From positions 608,001 to 672,000 of the forward strand of contig CAVVHE010000008.1 of assembly GCA_963748015.1 (NCBI GenBank): a stretch of DNA of 64,000 nt, read 5' to 3'. The stretch comes from Terriglobia bacterium (lineage in GTDB: Bacteria; Acidobacteriota; Polarisedimenticolia; Polarisedimenticolales; JAIQFR01). The notes beneath the pieces were generated by a model that was given only the letters and a program-made list of their open reading frames with translations, was not told where the DNA came from and searched no databases. Of this stretch, positions 1-8,948 are shown piece after piece; the stretch's first letter is position 1; each line of letters opens with the position of its first letter. A program made the translations under genes and the position numbers.

Positions 1-1155
1 TCCAACAAGGAAGGGCTCGCCTCGTGGGGGGCCTGGGTCAACGCCTACGCGAAGAAGGAATACGGCCGGCCGCTCGTCATCGCGTGCTCGGCCGATCTCG
101 CGGAGTCCACCAGCATCGCCGGCTTTGCGAAGAAGTTCGGGACGATGCCGGGCTTCGGGCGCTACGACCGCCGCGAGAACCCGATCGGCGCGCTCCTTCC
201 GCAGGAGATCACCGAGTTCGCGAACGCCGGCCTGATGGCCGGGCTCGCGAGCGTGAACATGGCCGACGACCCGAGGAGAGAGTTCAACGGCTTCTGGGGG
301 GCGTGCTCGACCTACGGCGCCTTCGCGTACCTCAAGTACGGCCCGATGCGCCTCTTCAGCCAGCTCGCGCAGGACTGCGAGCTCGAGGTCGGGAAGATCC
401 TCTGGGTCGCGGGGCACTCGGGGCCCGAGACCGCGGACGACTCGAGGACGCATTTCGGGATCTTCGCCCCCGGCGTCACGCAGCTCTTCCCCGAGGGGCA
501 GGTGATCGACCTCCACCCGTGGGAGCACAACGAGGTCCCGGTGGTCCTCGCCGAGGCGCTCCGCGGGAAGGCGCCGATCGTCGCGCTGCACCTGACGCGG
601 CCGCCCATCGAGATCCCCGACCGCGAAGCGCTCGGAATGCCCTCGCACCTCGAGGCGGCGAGGGGGGCTTACGTGCTCCGGGAATTCCGGCCGGGCGTCC
701 CGCCCGCCGGCACGGTCATCGTCCAGGGGACGTCGGCCACGGCCAACCTCGTGAAGATCCTCCCGGACCTCGACGCCGCGGGGATCAACGTGAAGATCGT
801 CGCCGCGATCAGCCCGCAGCTCTTCCGCCTGCAGGACGCCGGCTACCGCGAGCGCACACTCTCCACGGCGGACCGCTGGGACGCCATGTGCGTCACCAGC
901 CGAGCGCTGCGCCTGATGCAGGACTGGATCGCCCACCCCATCGTCGCCGAGTACTCGCTCTCCTCGGACCACGACGGGCGCTGGCGGACCGGCGGCACGT
1001 TGGACGAGGTCGTGGACGAGGCCGGCCTCTCCCCGCGGGACCTCCTAGCGGGGATCGAGCGCTTCGCGCGCGAGCGGGAGCAGCGGCTCGCGCGCCTCGC
1101 GGATGCGGTGGAATCGGCGCGGCGGCGCGAGCCCGCCGGGGAGATCGGCACATGA
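1..1155 (+). CDS. Transketolase-like protein, C-terminal part (5' end outside window)
   Basis: Frame open from base 1 (SNKEGLASWGAW...SADLAEST); contains SADLA, ITEFANAG and GHSGPETADD..TH motifs resembling transketolase pyrimidine-binding and C-terminal domains. Confidence 0.75.
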   Translation, partial: SNKEGLASWGAWVNAYAKKEYGRPLVIACSADLAESTSIAGFAKKFGTMPGFGRYDRRENPIGALLPQEITEFANAGLMAGLASVNMADDPRREFNGFWGACSTYGAFAYLKYGPMRLFSQLAQDCELEVGKILWVAGHSGPETADDSRTHFGIFAPGVTQLFPEGQVIDLHPWEHNEVPVVLAEALRGKAPIVALHLTRPPIEIPDREALGMPSHLEAARGAYVLREFRPGVPPAGTVIVQGTSATANLVKILPDLDAAGINVKIVAAISPQLFRLQDAGYRERTLSTADRWDAMCVTSRALRLMQDWIAHPIVAEYSLSSDHDGRWRTGGTLDEVVDEAGLSPRDLLAGIERFAREREQRLARLADAVESARRREPAGEIGT

Positions 1156-1496
1156 AGGATGACGGATCCTGGCTCGAGGAATTCCCCGTGGCGATCACCG
1201 TGACCGGCGCGGACGGGACGATCCTGGAGATGAACGCGCGCTCGCGTGAGACGTTCGCGAAGGACGGTGGGGGCGCGCTCGTCGGCCGCAGCGTGTTCGA
1301 CTGTCACCCGGAGCCCGCTCGCTCGACGACCCACCGCCTCTACGAGGATCGCGCGCCCAACCACTACACGATCCGCAAGGACGGCCGGAAGAAGATCGTC
1401 CACCAGGTGCCGTGGTATCGCGACGGCGTCTTCGCCGGTATCGTCGAGCTGACCTTCCCGATTCCCGACGACCTCCCGCATTTCGACCGGGACTAG
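1152..1496 (+). CDS. Stand-alone PAS-domain protein
   Basis: ATGA overlap with upstream gene; PVAITVTGADGTILEMN...LVGRSVFDCHP PAS pattern. Confidence 0.75.
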   Translation: MKDDGSWLEEFPVAITVTGADGTILEMNARSRETFAKDGGGALVGRSVFDCHPEPARSTTHRLYEDRAPNHYTIRKDGRKKIVHQVPWYRDGVFAGIVELTFPIPDDLPHFDRD

Positions 1497-1512
1497 CCTG
1501 CGCGCTTACGCT

Positions 1513-1630
1513 TCGGATGGGAGCGCTCCAGGGCGGCCGAAAAAGGCCGGCTACGACGGGCATCGGCCTCGGATGGAAGCGTTCTAGGGCGGCCAGAAAA
1601 GGCCGCCTACGAACGCTTCCATCCGAGGCC
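1513..1630. repeat. Intergenic hairpin repeat family, locus A (half unit plus full 20-bp-arm hairpin)
   Basis: Arms 1565-1584 and 1611-1630 are perfect inverted repeats around core TAGGGCGGCCAGAAAAGGCCGCCTAC; related to 5036-5167. Confidence 0.85.
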
Positions 1631-1642
1631 TGGTGGGTGGCG

Positions 1643-1680
1643 TGTGGGGAAATCGGACGAGGATGTGGGGAAACCCGGCA
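1643..1680 (+). promoter_or_regulatory. Putative tandem enhancer (bEBP upstream activating) sites
   Basis: TGTGGGGAAATCGGACG (1643) and TGTGGGGAAACCCGGCA (1664), 21 bp apart, about 100-130 bp upstream of a -24/-12 element. Confidence 0.5.
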
Positions 1681-1774
1681 CGACGGAGGGGCGGATGAGC
1701 GCGCAGGGCGCGCGAATCCGGGCGATCTTCCATCCCTGCCGCGACTTGTGGCGAGGAGGGACGCGGTCCGGGAG

Positions 1775-1791
1775 TCGGCACGCTAGTTGCG
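1775..1791 (+). promoter_or_regulatory. Putative sigma54 (-24/-12) promoter
   Basis: TCGGCACGCTAGTTGCG: GG(1777-78)-N10-GC(1789-90), close to TGGCAC-N5-TTGC. Confidence 0.7.
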
Positions 1792-1858
1792 CTTCTTACG
1801 CACAGAGGAGCTTCTCCAGGGAAGCTCCGGTGTACGAAAGAGCCAACGGAGGTGCGAC

Positions 1859-1990
1859 GTGTCGGGCAACGAGACCTTCTGGCTGAACGTCGTCAACGTG
1901 GCGTTCGGGCTGGGAACGGTGGCGGCGATCGTGACGATCGTCGTGGCGATGATCCGGGAAGTCGTGACGCGAACGCACGCTCACAGGTAG
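1859..1990 (+). CDS. 43-aa single-pass membrane microprotein
   Basis: GGAGGT RBS then GTG; MSGNETFWLNVVNVAFGLGTVAAIVTIVVAMIREVV hydrophobic helix. Confidence 0.65.
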   Translation: MSGNETFWLNVVNVAFGLGTVAAIVTIVVAMIREVVTRTHAHR

Positions 1991-2018
1991 TTCCGCGCCG
2001 CGCGAACGGTTCCCCCGG

Positions 2019-3377
2019 TCAGCGGGGAATCTCGTACCTCTTCAATTTCTCGTAGAGCGTCGAGCGGTCGATGCCGAGAACGGCGGCGGTTTCCTTGATG
2101 TTGCCGCCGTGCCGCCTCAACGTCGCGGCGATCGCGCGCTTTTCGAGCTCCTCGAGCGGGAGGTCGGCCGGGACGCTGCAATCCGCGCGCTCCTCGGCGT
2201 CGCGCAGCAGGAAGGCGAAGTCGTCCTTCGACAGCGCGCGGCCCCGGCAGGTGACGAGGGCGCGCTCGATCGCGTTCTCGAACTCCCTCAGGTTGCCCGG
2301 CCAGTCGCAGTTCATGAGCAGGGCGAGGGCGGCATCGTCGAGATCCACCGGCTGGCGCCCCAGCTCCGTCGAGATCCGCTCGAGGGACTCCTGCGCGAGC
2401 AGGGGGATGTCCTCGCGGCGCTCCCGCAGCGGCGGGAGGCGGACCTCGATGACGTTGAGACGGTAGTAGAGATCGCTGCGGAACGTCCCCTCGGCCACGG
2501 CCTCCACGAGGTTGGAGTTGGTGGAGGCGATCACGCGGACGTCCACCCGCACCTCGTCGGAGCCGCCCACCCGGAAGAAGCTCCGCTCCTGCAGGACCCG
2601 CAGCAAGTCGAGCTGGAGCTTGGGCGAGATGTCGCCGATCTCGTCGAGGAAGAGCGTGCCGCCGTCCGCCTGCTCGAACTTCCCCTTCTTGCGGGTGTGC
2701 GCGCCGGTGAACGAGCCCTTTTCGTGGCCGAACAGCTCGGACTCGAGGAGGGTTTCGGTGAGCGCAGCGCACGAGACCGCGACGAACGGCCTCGAGGAGC
2801 GGTCACCCAGCTCGTGGACCGCGCGCGCGACCCGCTCCTTGCCCGTCCCGCTCTCGCCGCGGATCAGCACGGTGCTCTTGAGGCTCGCGATTTCGCGGAT
2901 CAGCGCGAAGATCTCCTGCATCCTCGGGTTCTTGCTGACCATGTCGCGGAAGCGGTACTGCCTCGTGAGCTTCCGGCGGAGGATGACGTTCTCGCGCTCG
3001 AGGTTCTTCAGGCGGCGGAGGCGGGCGAGGAGGAGCGAGACCTCGCGCGGGCTGCACGGCTTGACGATGTACTCGTGCGCCCCTTCCTTCATCGCGGTGA
3101 TGGCGGTGTCCACGGTGGCGAAGGCGGTGATGATGATCGGTATCGTCGTCGGCGACAGCTTCCGGATCTCCCTCATCGTCTCGATGCCGTCCATTCCCGG
3201 GGGCATCTTGAGGTCGATGAAGGCGACATCGAACTCCCGTCCCTTGGCCGCCGCGATCGCCTCGGGGCCCGACGCCGCGGTCGCGGCGTCGTAGCCATCC
3301 TCGGCGAGCCAGGCGGCGAGCGACTCCCGCTGGACCGGCTCGTCGTCCACGACCAGGATCTGCCACCGGCGCGTCAT
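2019..3377 (-). CDS. Sigma54-dependent response regulator (REC-AAA+-Fis HTH, NtrC/ZraR family)
   Basis: ILVVDDE receiver, GESGTGKE Walker A, GSFTGA loop, LFLDEIG, WPGNLRE, C-terminal LGIDRSTLYEKL. Confidence 0.93.
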   Translation of the reverse strand: MTRRWQILVVDDEPVQRESLAAWLAEDGYDAATAASGPEAIAAAKGREFDVAFIDLKMPPGMDGIETMREIRKLSPTTIPIIITAFATVDTAITAMKEGAHEYIVKPCSPREVSLLLARLRRLKNLERENVILRRKLTRQYRFRDMVSKNPRMQEIFALIREIASLKSTVLIRGESGTGKERVARAVHELGDRSSRPFVAVSCAALTETLLESELFGHEKGSFTGAHTRKKGKFEQADGGTLFLDEIGDISPKLQLDLLRVLQERSFFRVGGSDEVRVDVRVIASTNSNLVEAVAEGTFRSDLYYRLNVIEVRLPPLRERREDIPLLAQESLERISTELGRQPVDLDDAALALLMNCDWPGNLREFENAIERALVTCRGRALSKDDFAFLLRDAEERADCSVPADLPLEELEKRAIAATLRRHGGNIKETAAVLGIDRSTLYEKLKRYEIPR

Positions 3378-4978
3378 GACACGGTCTCCTTCGCGGCGCC
3401 CGACGAGGAGAGGGGGAGGCGCACGCGGAAGGTGGTCCCGGCTCCCTCGGCGGATTCCACCGAGATCTCGCCGCCGTGCGCTTCCACGATGCCGTACACC
3501 ACCGCGAGCCCGAGGCCCACCCCCTTGCCGTTCTCCTTGGTGGTGAAGAAAGGGTCGAAGATCCGCGGCAGGTCTTCCTTGCGGATCCCGCCGCCGGTGT
3601 CGCCCACCACGAGGAACAGGAATCGGCCGTCCGCGCCGGCCTCCGTTCGTACCGTCACCCGCTCCCCGCGGGGGACCGCCTCGATCGCGTTCAGCACGAG
3701 GTTCGTGACGACCTGCTCGATCTGGGAGCCGTCGCAAACCAATGACGGGAGGCCCGGCGCCAGCTGCGGCTCGATGCGCACCCCCGCCAGCTCGGCCTTG
3801 TGCGCGACGAGGGTGAGGGTGCTCCGCACGATCTCGTTCAGGGACCAGGCGCTCGGCTCGCGCCGCGACTTCCGCGAGAAGGACAGGAGGTCGGAGACGA
3901 TCCGGCCGACGCGGGTGGTCTCCGCGGAGATCTGGGAGAGGTAGCGCCGGAACTCCTCGACGCGGCCCGGCGGGATGCCGTCGTCCCTCAGCACCCGCTC
4001 CATGAGCGTCGAGAGGTTGAGCACCCCCGAGACCGGGTTGTTGATCTCGTGCGCGACGCTGGCGGCGAGGTGGCCGAGCGAGGCGAGCCGCTCGCTGCGG
4101 GCCAGCTCGCGCTGGGTCTCCTCGAGCTGGGCGGTCCGCTCCTCGACCTTCGCCTCGAGCCGCTGGGTGAATTGCTCGCTCTCGAGCTTGGCTTCCTTGA
4201 GCCGGGCGCGCATGGCGTCGAACGAGCGGGCCAGCTGTCCCAGCTCGCAGGACGTCTTCACCTCGATCGGGCGGTCGAGCTCCATGGCGCTCACCGCCCT
4301 CGTTCCCTCGATCAGGCGCTCGATCGGCCGGCCGACGACGCGCCGGATGAAGAGCAGCATGAACGCCGCCATGAGCGCGATCTCGAGGAGGGCCGTGAGC
4401 AGGGCGCGGATCTTGAGCCCGCCGATTTCCTGGTCTACCGGAGCCAGGTCCATCGTCACGTCGAGGACGCCGAGGACGTGTTTCGATTCCGGGTGGGCGT
4501 GGCACGCGGCCGCGCTGCACGCCGGCTCGTTGTAGATCGCGGTGACCATCCCCATCTTGCGGCCGCCGTCCGCGCCGCGGAAGACCCTCGCCCGCGAGGG
4601 GACGTCCACGCGGACGAGCGGCTGCTCGCGGGCATGGCAGAGGAAACAAGCCTCGGCGTTCTTGTCCACCTGGGCTTGGCGCTCGGGCGCGGTCGAGAAC
4701 ATCACGCGCCCCTCCTTGTTGAAGATCCGGATCCGGTCGATCCCCTGCTTCGTCGCGATCGTCTCCATCACCTCGTACGCGGCGCTGCGATGGTCGGCGA
4801 GCATCGAGTGCCACGTGGCGCTGGTGATGCTGCGCGAGAGCTGGTCGGCGCCGAGCACGATCCCGTCCAGTAGCTCCTGCTCCTGCTTGTGGACATTGTA
4901 GATGGCGAAAGAACCCTCGACGACGATGAGTATGACCGTCAGGGCGATGATCAGCCGGAGCGCCAGGCTCTTCGGCAC
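3374..4978 (-). CDS. Sensor histidine kinase with HAMP and periplasmic haem-c-type motifs
   Basis: Two TM helices, CFLCH and CSAAACH between them, AHEINNP H-box, NLVLNA, DTGGGI, FFTTK, GVGLGL. Confidence 0.92.
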   Translation of the reverse strand: MPKSLALRLIIALTVILIVVEGSFAIYNVHKQEQELLDGIVLGADQLSRSITSATWHSMLADHRSAAYEVMETIATKQGIDRIRIFNKEGRVMFSTAPERQAQVDKNAEACFLCHAREQPLVRVDVPSRARVFRGADGGRKMGMVTAIYNEPACSAAACHAHPESKHVLGVLDVTMDLAPVDQEIGGLKIRALLTALLEIALMAAFMLLFIRRVVGRPIERLIEGTRAVSAMELDRPIEVKTSCELGQLARSFDAMRARLKEAKLESEQFTQRLEAKVEERTAQLEETQRELARSERLASLGHLAASVAHEINNPVSGVLNLSTLMERVLRDDGIPPGRVEEFRRYLSQISAETTRVGRIVSDLLSFSRKSRREPSAWSLNEIVRSTLTLVAHKAELAGVRIEPQLAPGLPSLVCDGSQIEQVVTNLVLNAIEAVPRGERVTVRTEAGADGRFLFLVVGDTGGGIRKEDLPRIFDPFFTTKENGKGVGLGLAVVYGIVEAHGGEISVESAEGAGTTFRVRLPLSSSGAAKETVS

Positions 4979-5035
4979 GACCGGTCCTTTCGCTCGCGGG
5001 GGCTAGCGAGCCAGATATCGAATTATAGGCTCGCG

Positions 5036-5167
5036 TCGGCCTCGGATGGGAGCGTTTTAGGGCGGCCGACAAAGCCGGCTCCGACGGGCCTCGGCCTCGG
5101 ATGGGAGCGTTCGTAGGCGGCCTTTTCTGGCCGCCCTAGAACGCTCCCATCCGAGGCCGAGGCCGTC
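5036..5167. repeat. Intergenic hairpin repeat family, locus B (26-bp arms, core inverted relative to locus A)
   Basis: Arms 5087-5112 and 5139-5164; core 5113-5138 is the exact reverse complement of the locus A core. Confidence 0.85.
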
Positions 5168-5179
5168 AGGCGGGCGAGC

Positions 5180-8100
5180 TCAGCGGGACTTGTCGGGGTA
5201 GCGCGGGGTCTTGGGCTCCTCGACCGGCTCCTTGCGGATCGCGTCCTGGAGAAGGGCGATCGCGGCCTCGAGCTGGGCGTCCTTGCCGTCGAAGGTGGCG
5301 CGCGGGAGGTTGTCCACGACGATGTCGGGATCGACGCCGCGCCCCTCGATCAGCCACTGCCCCTCGGGGCCGTAAACGCCCATCTCGGCGGCGGTGGCGA
5401 TCCCCTTGTCGACGAGAACGTTGCCGCTGCTGAGCCAGATCTCGCCGCCCCAGGTGCGGGTGCCGATCACCTTGCCGAGGCCGAGGCGGCGGAACCCCTC
5501 GGCGAACGCCTCGCCGTCGGACGCGGTCCACTCGTCCACGAGCACGACGACGTGGCCGCGGAAGGCGTACTGCATGTTCCAGGTCGGGAGGCCGACGCGC
5601 GGCTGCCAGAAGAACCAGGCGCGGCGCATGAGCTTCTCGAGGATCCAGCTGTCGATGTTCCCGCCGCGGTTGTGGCGGACGTCCACGATCAGTCCCTTCC
5701 GCCGGTACACGGGGTAGAAGCTCCTCGCCCACTCGGAGTAGTCGTTGGGGCCCATGGCGCGCAGGTGCACGTAGCCGATCTCCCCCTTGCTCGCCTCGTC
5801 CACCGCGAGGCGGCGCGAGTACTCCCAGTCGTCGTAGCGAAGCTCGGCCGCGGCGCCGGCCACCGGGACCGCGATCGCGTCGCGGGCCTTGCCGCTCTTG
5901 GCCTCCTTGATCGAGAGCAGGACCTGCTTGCCGGCCTTCCCGCGGAGGAGCACGCCGGGATCGGCCACCGTGAGGAGCGCGACGCCGTCGATCGCGGTCA
6001 GCAGGTCTCCCTCGGCGACGCCGACCCCCGGCTTCGCGAGCGGCGACAGCTCGTCCGGATAGTCCGGGTCGGCGCGGTAGATGCGGGCGACCCTGTAGCC
6101 GCCGGCCGCCTCGTCGCGGACGAGGACGGCGCCGAGCGAGGCGTTTCCGACGGGGTCGGGGGTCTCGCGCAGGTCGCCGCCGCGCACGAAGGTATGGAGC
6201 GCCGAAAGCTCGGCGACCATCTGCGCGAGGAGGTCGTTCAGCTCGGCGCGGTCGGTCACTCGCGCGACGAGCGGCTCGTACTTCTTCAGCATCGCGGGCC
6301 AGTCGACACCGTGCATGCCGAGGTCGTAGAAGTAGTCCCGCTCGAGGCGCCACGCCTCGCGGAACATCTGTTTCCACTCCTCGCGCGGGTCGAGCGGGAA
6401 GGTCCAGCCGTCGAGCGCGACCTTCTTGTCGGAGAGGTCGACGTTCTCGCCGGCGGTGGCGTCGACGAGGTAGAAGTCGTCCGTCTTGCGGAGGAGGATC
6501 TTCTTGCCGTCCTGCGAGAGGTCGTACGACCGCATGTCCTGCACGATCGTCTTGAGCTTCGGATCCTGGCCCGTGATCTCGGCGAACGCGAGGCGGGCCT
6601 TCCGCTCGAAGGAGGTCTCCACGACGATGAGGAGGATCCTCTTCTCGAGAACCGAGATGCCGCGGTAGTTGTCCGAGGGAATCGGCACCTCGTGGAGGCG
6701 CTCCCCAAGGCCCGCCAGCTCGATCTTCACGACGACCTTCTTGTCGGCCGGCTTCGACGCCTCGGCAGGCTTGTCCTTCTCGCCGCTCTTCGAGGCCTCC
6801 GCGGGCTTCTCCGTCTTCGCGGGCCGCGCGGCGGCCCCCTCCTTCGGCTTCTCCTTGTCCTTGTCGTCGCCCGTCTTCGCGTCCTTCGGAGCCAGCTCGT
6901 CGAGCGGCTGCCACGGCGAGCGCTGCCCGCCGGCGAGGTCCACGAGATAGACCTTCGTCTCCTTGTCGAAGAACGGCTCCGGCTGCCGGACACCCCACGG
7001 GCTGTCCACGAGGGAGCGCAGGTGGCGCTCCGACAGGAAGTAGATCCACTTGCCGTCGGGGCTCCACGCGGGCGAGTAGCTGTTCGTGCGGTCGCCGGTG
7101 AGCGGGACCGTCGTGCCGTCCGAGACGCGGTAGATCCAGATCCTCGCGAGGTCGTTGTCGCCGGGAGCGGTCCAGGCGAGCCAAGCGCTGTCCGGCGCCC
7201 AGGCCAGGTCGGAGATGTCCCCGGCGCGGCCGGTGGCGATCTTCACGCTCTTACGCGTTTCGAGGTCGAGGAGCCACGCCTCCTGGTTCTTGTCCAGGTA
7301 CGCGATGCGCTTGCCGTCGGGGGAGGGGACGCCGCTGAAGCGCAGGACCTTCCCGTCGGAGGTCAGCCGCTCGCCGGCGCCGACGCCGTTCGCGGGCACC
7401 TTCCACCACTCGACCTCGCCGGACTCGTCCGAGAGGACCGCGAGCGACCTCCCGTCGGGAAGGAAGATCGCGCTGCGGTATCGGACCCCGGGCTTGCGGG
7501 TCGCCTCGACCAGCCGCCCCTGCTTCGCCGGGGCGACGAACACCTGGCCGCGCGCGGTGAACACGACGCGGTCGCCGTCGGGGGAGGGGAACGCGGAGGT
7601 CACGTAGTCGACCGGCTTCTTGACCCACTTCTCGCGCGCCTGGTCGAAGTCCGACGCGAGGGCGACCGGCACGGCGGCGTCGCGCCCCGTGGCGATGTCG
7701 AGGACCCTGAGATCGGCGCCGAGCTGGTAAGCGATCTTGCCGCCCGAGAGCGACGGGGATTTCACGTCCCACCCCTCGTGGCGCGTGTGCTGTTTCGGGT
7801 CGCCGCCGGCCTCGTTCATGGACCAGAGGTTCATCGTGCCGTCGCGGTCGCTGACGAAGTAGACGCGCCCGCGCCAGTACATCGGCGACCGGCTGGTCCC
7901 GTCGAAGTCGGCGGTCATCGGCACCGCCTCGCCGGTGCCCGCGGGGAGCTTCCAGATCTTCTGCGCCGTGCCCCCCTTGTACCGGCGGGTGTGGCTGCCC
8001 TGGAACCGTAGTCGGGTGAAGAAGAGCGTCTTCCCTGCGTCGTCGTACGACCCGTCCGCGGCCTGGCTGAGCGGCAGGAGCGTCGATGGGCCTCCCGCCG

Positions 8101-8521
8101 CGCTCACCGTCGCGAGCTGCGTCTCAGGGAGCGTGCCGCGATTCTGCGTCGCGTAGAGGATCATGCCGTCCGGCGTCCAGCCGACCGCGGAAGCGCTGCC
8201 GTCCCACGTGAGCCGCCTCGGCAGGCCGCCCGAAACCGGCATCGCGTAGACCTCGGTCGGCCCCTCGTACGCCGCGGAGAACGCGAGGTTCGTCCCGTCG
8301 GGGGAGATCGCCGCGTTCGACTCCATCCCTGGATGGCTGGTGAGCCGCTGCGCCGTTCCGCCCTCGATCCCGACCTTCCAGAGGTCCCCTTCGGCGGTGA
8401 AGACCAGCGTCCCTCCGTGGATCGCGGGGAACCGGTAGTACCCCGGCGAGCGATCCGCGGCGGCGGCGGTCGATGCGAGCGACAGAAGCAGGGTGGCGGC
8501 GAGCAGGGCGCGATTTCGCAT
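5180..8521 (-). CDS. Tricorn-like S41 family protease (beta-propellers, PDZ, catalytic domain), secreted
   Basis: Signal peptide MRNRALLAATLLLSLA; SPDG repeats; IGYVHL, DVRHNRGG, ASDGEAF, GTRTWGG. Confidence 0.92.
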   Translation of the reverse strand: MRNRALLAATLLLSLASTAAAADRSPGYYRFPAIHGGTLVFTAEGDLWKVGIEGGTAQRLTSHPGMESNAAISPDGTNLAFSAAYEGPTEVYAMPVSGGLPRRLTWDGSASAVGWTPDGMILYATQNRGTLPETQLATVSAAGGPSTLLPLSQAADGSYDDAGKTLFFTRLRFQGSHTRRYKGGTAQKIWKLPAGTGEAVPMTADFDGTSRSPMYWRGRVYFVSDRDGTMNLWSMNEAGGDPKQHTRHEGWDVKSPSLSGGKIAYQLGADLRVLDIATGRDAAVPVALASDFDQAREKWVKKPVDYVTSAFPSPDGDRVVFTARGQVFVAPAKQGRLVEATRKPGVRYRSAIFLPDGRSLAVLSDESGEVEWWKVPANGVGAGERLTSDGKVLRFSGVPSPDGKRIAYLDKNQEAWLLDLETRKSVKIATGRAGDISDLAWAPDSAWLAWTAPGDNDLARIWIYRVSDGTTVPLTGDRTNSYSPAWSPDGKWIYFLSERHLRSLVDSPWGVRQPEPFFDKETKVYLVDLAGGQRSPWQPLDELAPKDAKTGDDKDKEKPKEGAAARPAKTEKPAEASKSGEKDKPAEASKPADKKVVVKIELAGLGERLHEVPIPSDNYRGISVLEKRILLIVVETSFERKARLAFAEITGQDPKLKTIVQDMRSYDLSQDGKKILLRKTDDFYLVDATAGENVDLSDKKVALDGWTFPLDPREEWKQMFREAWRLERDYFYDLGMHGVDWPAMLKKYEPLVARVTDRAELNDLLAQMVAELSALHTFVRGGDLRETPDPVGNASLGAVLVRDEAAGGYRVARIYRADPDYPDELSPLAKPGVGVAEGDLLTAIDGVALLTVADPGVLLRGKAGKQVLLSIKEAKSGKARDAIAVPVAGAAAELRYDDWEYSRRLAVDEASKGEIGYVHLRAMGPNDYSEWARSFYPVYRRKGLIVDVRHNRGGNIDSWILEKLMRRAWFFWQPRVGLPTWNMQYAFRGHVVVLVDEWTASDGEAFAEGFRRLGLGKVIGTRTWGGEIWLSSGNVLVDKGIATAAEMGVYGPEGQWLIEGRGVDPDIVVDNLPRATFDGKDAQLEAAIALLQDAIRKEPVEEPKTPRYPDKSR

Positions 8522-8552
8522 GGCGGTCTCCCATCGGGACGGTGGTTCGAGT

Positions 8553-8726
8553 CTCGGGCCGGACGCCCGCATCCGGATTCGAGCCCGCGCGGCACGCTGC
8601 GGCGTTGCGCGGCGAACGTCGCCGCGCCGCCTTGCTCCGCTTTTCGCGCGGCCTTCTGCGGAAGGACCGGCCGCGCGAAAAGAGGGCCGCTCGGGCTCGA
8701 ATCCGGATGCGGGCGTCCGGCCCGAG
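8553..8726. repeat. 174-bp element bounded by perfect 35-bp inverted repeats with internal hairpins (MITE-like or structured leader)
   Basis: 8553-8587 is the reverse complement of 8692-8726; internal stems GCGCGGCGA/TCGCCGCGC and CTTTTCGCGCGGCC/GGCCGCGCGAAAAG. Confidence 0.8.
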
Positions 8727-8802
8727 TCGGTCGACATATTCCGACTGCGAAGGGCCAATGTTAACACCGCTCGGGCTACCCGGGGGACGGCGAGGCCAGA
8801 GC

Positions 8803-8850
8803 GGAGCTTGCTCTAGGGCGGCCGAAAAAGGCCGCCAACGAGCACACTCC
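8803..8850. repeat. Intergenic hairpin repeat family, locus C (degenerate)
   Basis: CTCTAGGGCGGCCGAAAAAGGCCGCCAACGAG core with short arms. Confidence 0.7.
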
Positions 8851-8948
8851 GTTACGGCCTCGCCTCTCGGCAGGGGTCGGCGGTGGCGGACCCGCTTCCG
8901 CTATAATTCGCGCTCACCCGACCACGACGATCCGGAGGAGTTACCGCG

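Noticed and set aside
1513..1630. Hairpin family as isolated attC sites or Rho-independent terminators
   Set aside because: Arms read GTT...AAC, the reverse of attC, with no L-box bulge pattern and no U tract.
2019..5072. 1017-aa ORF as one protein
   Set aside because: Only the part from ATG 3377 is the regulator; the upstream extension is an off-frame shadow of the kinase.
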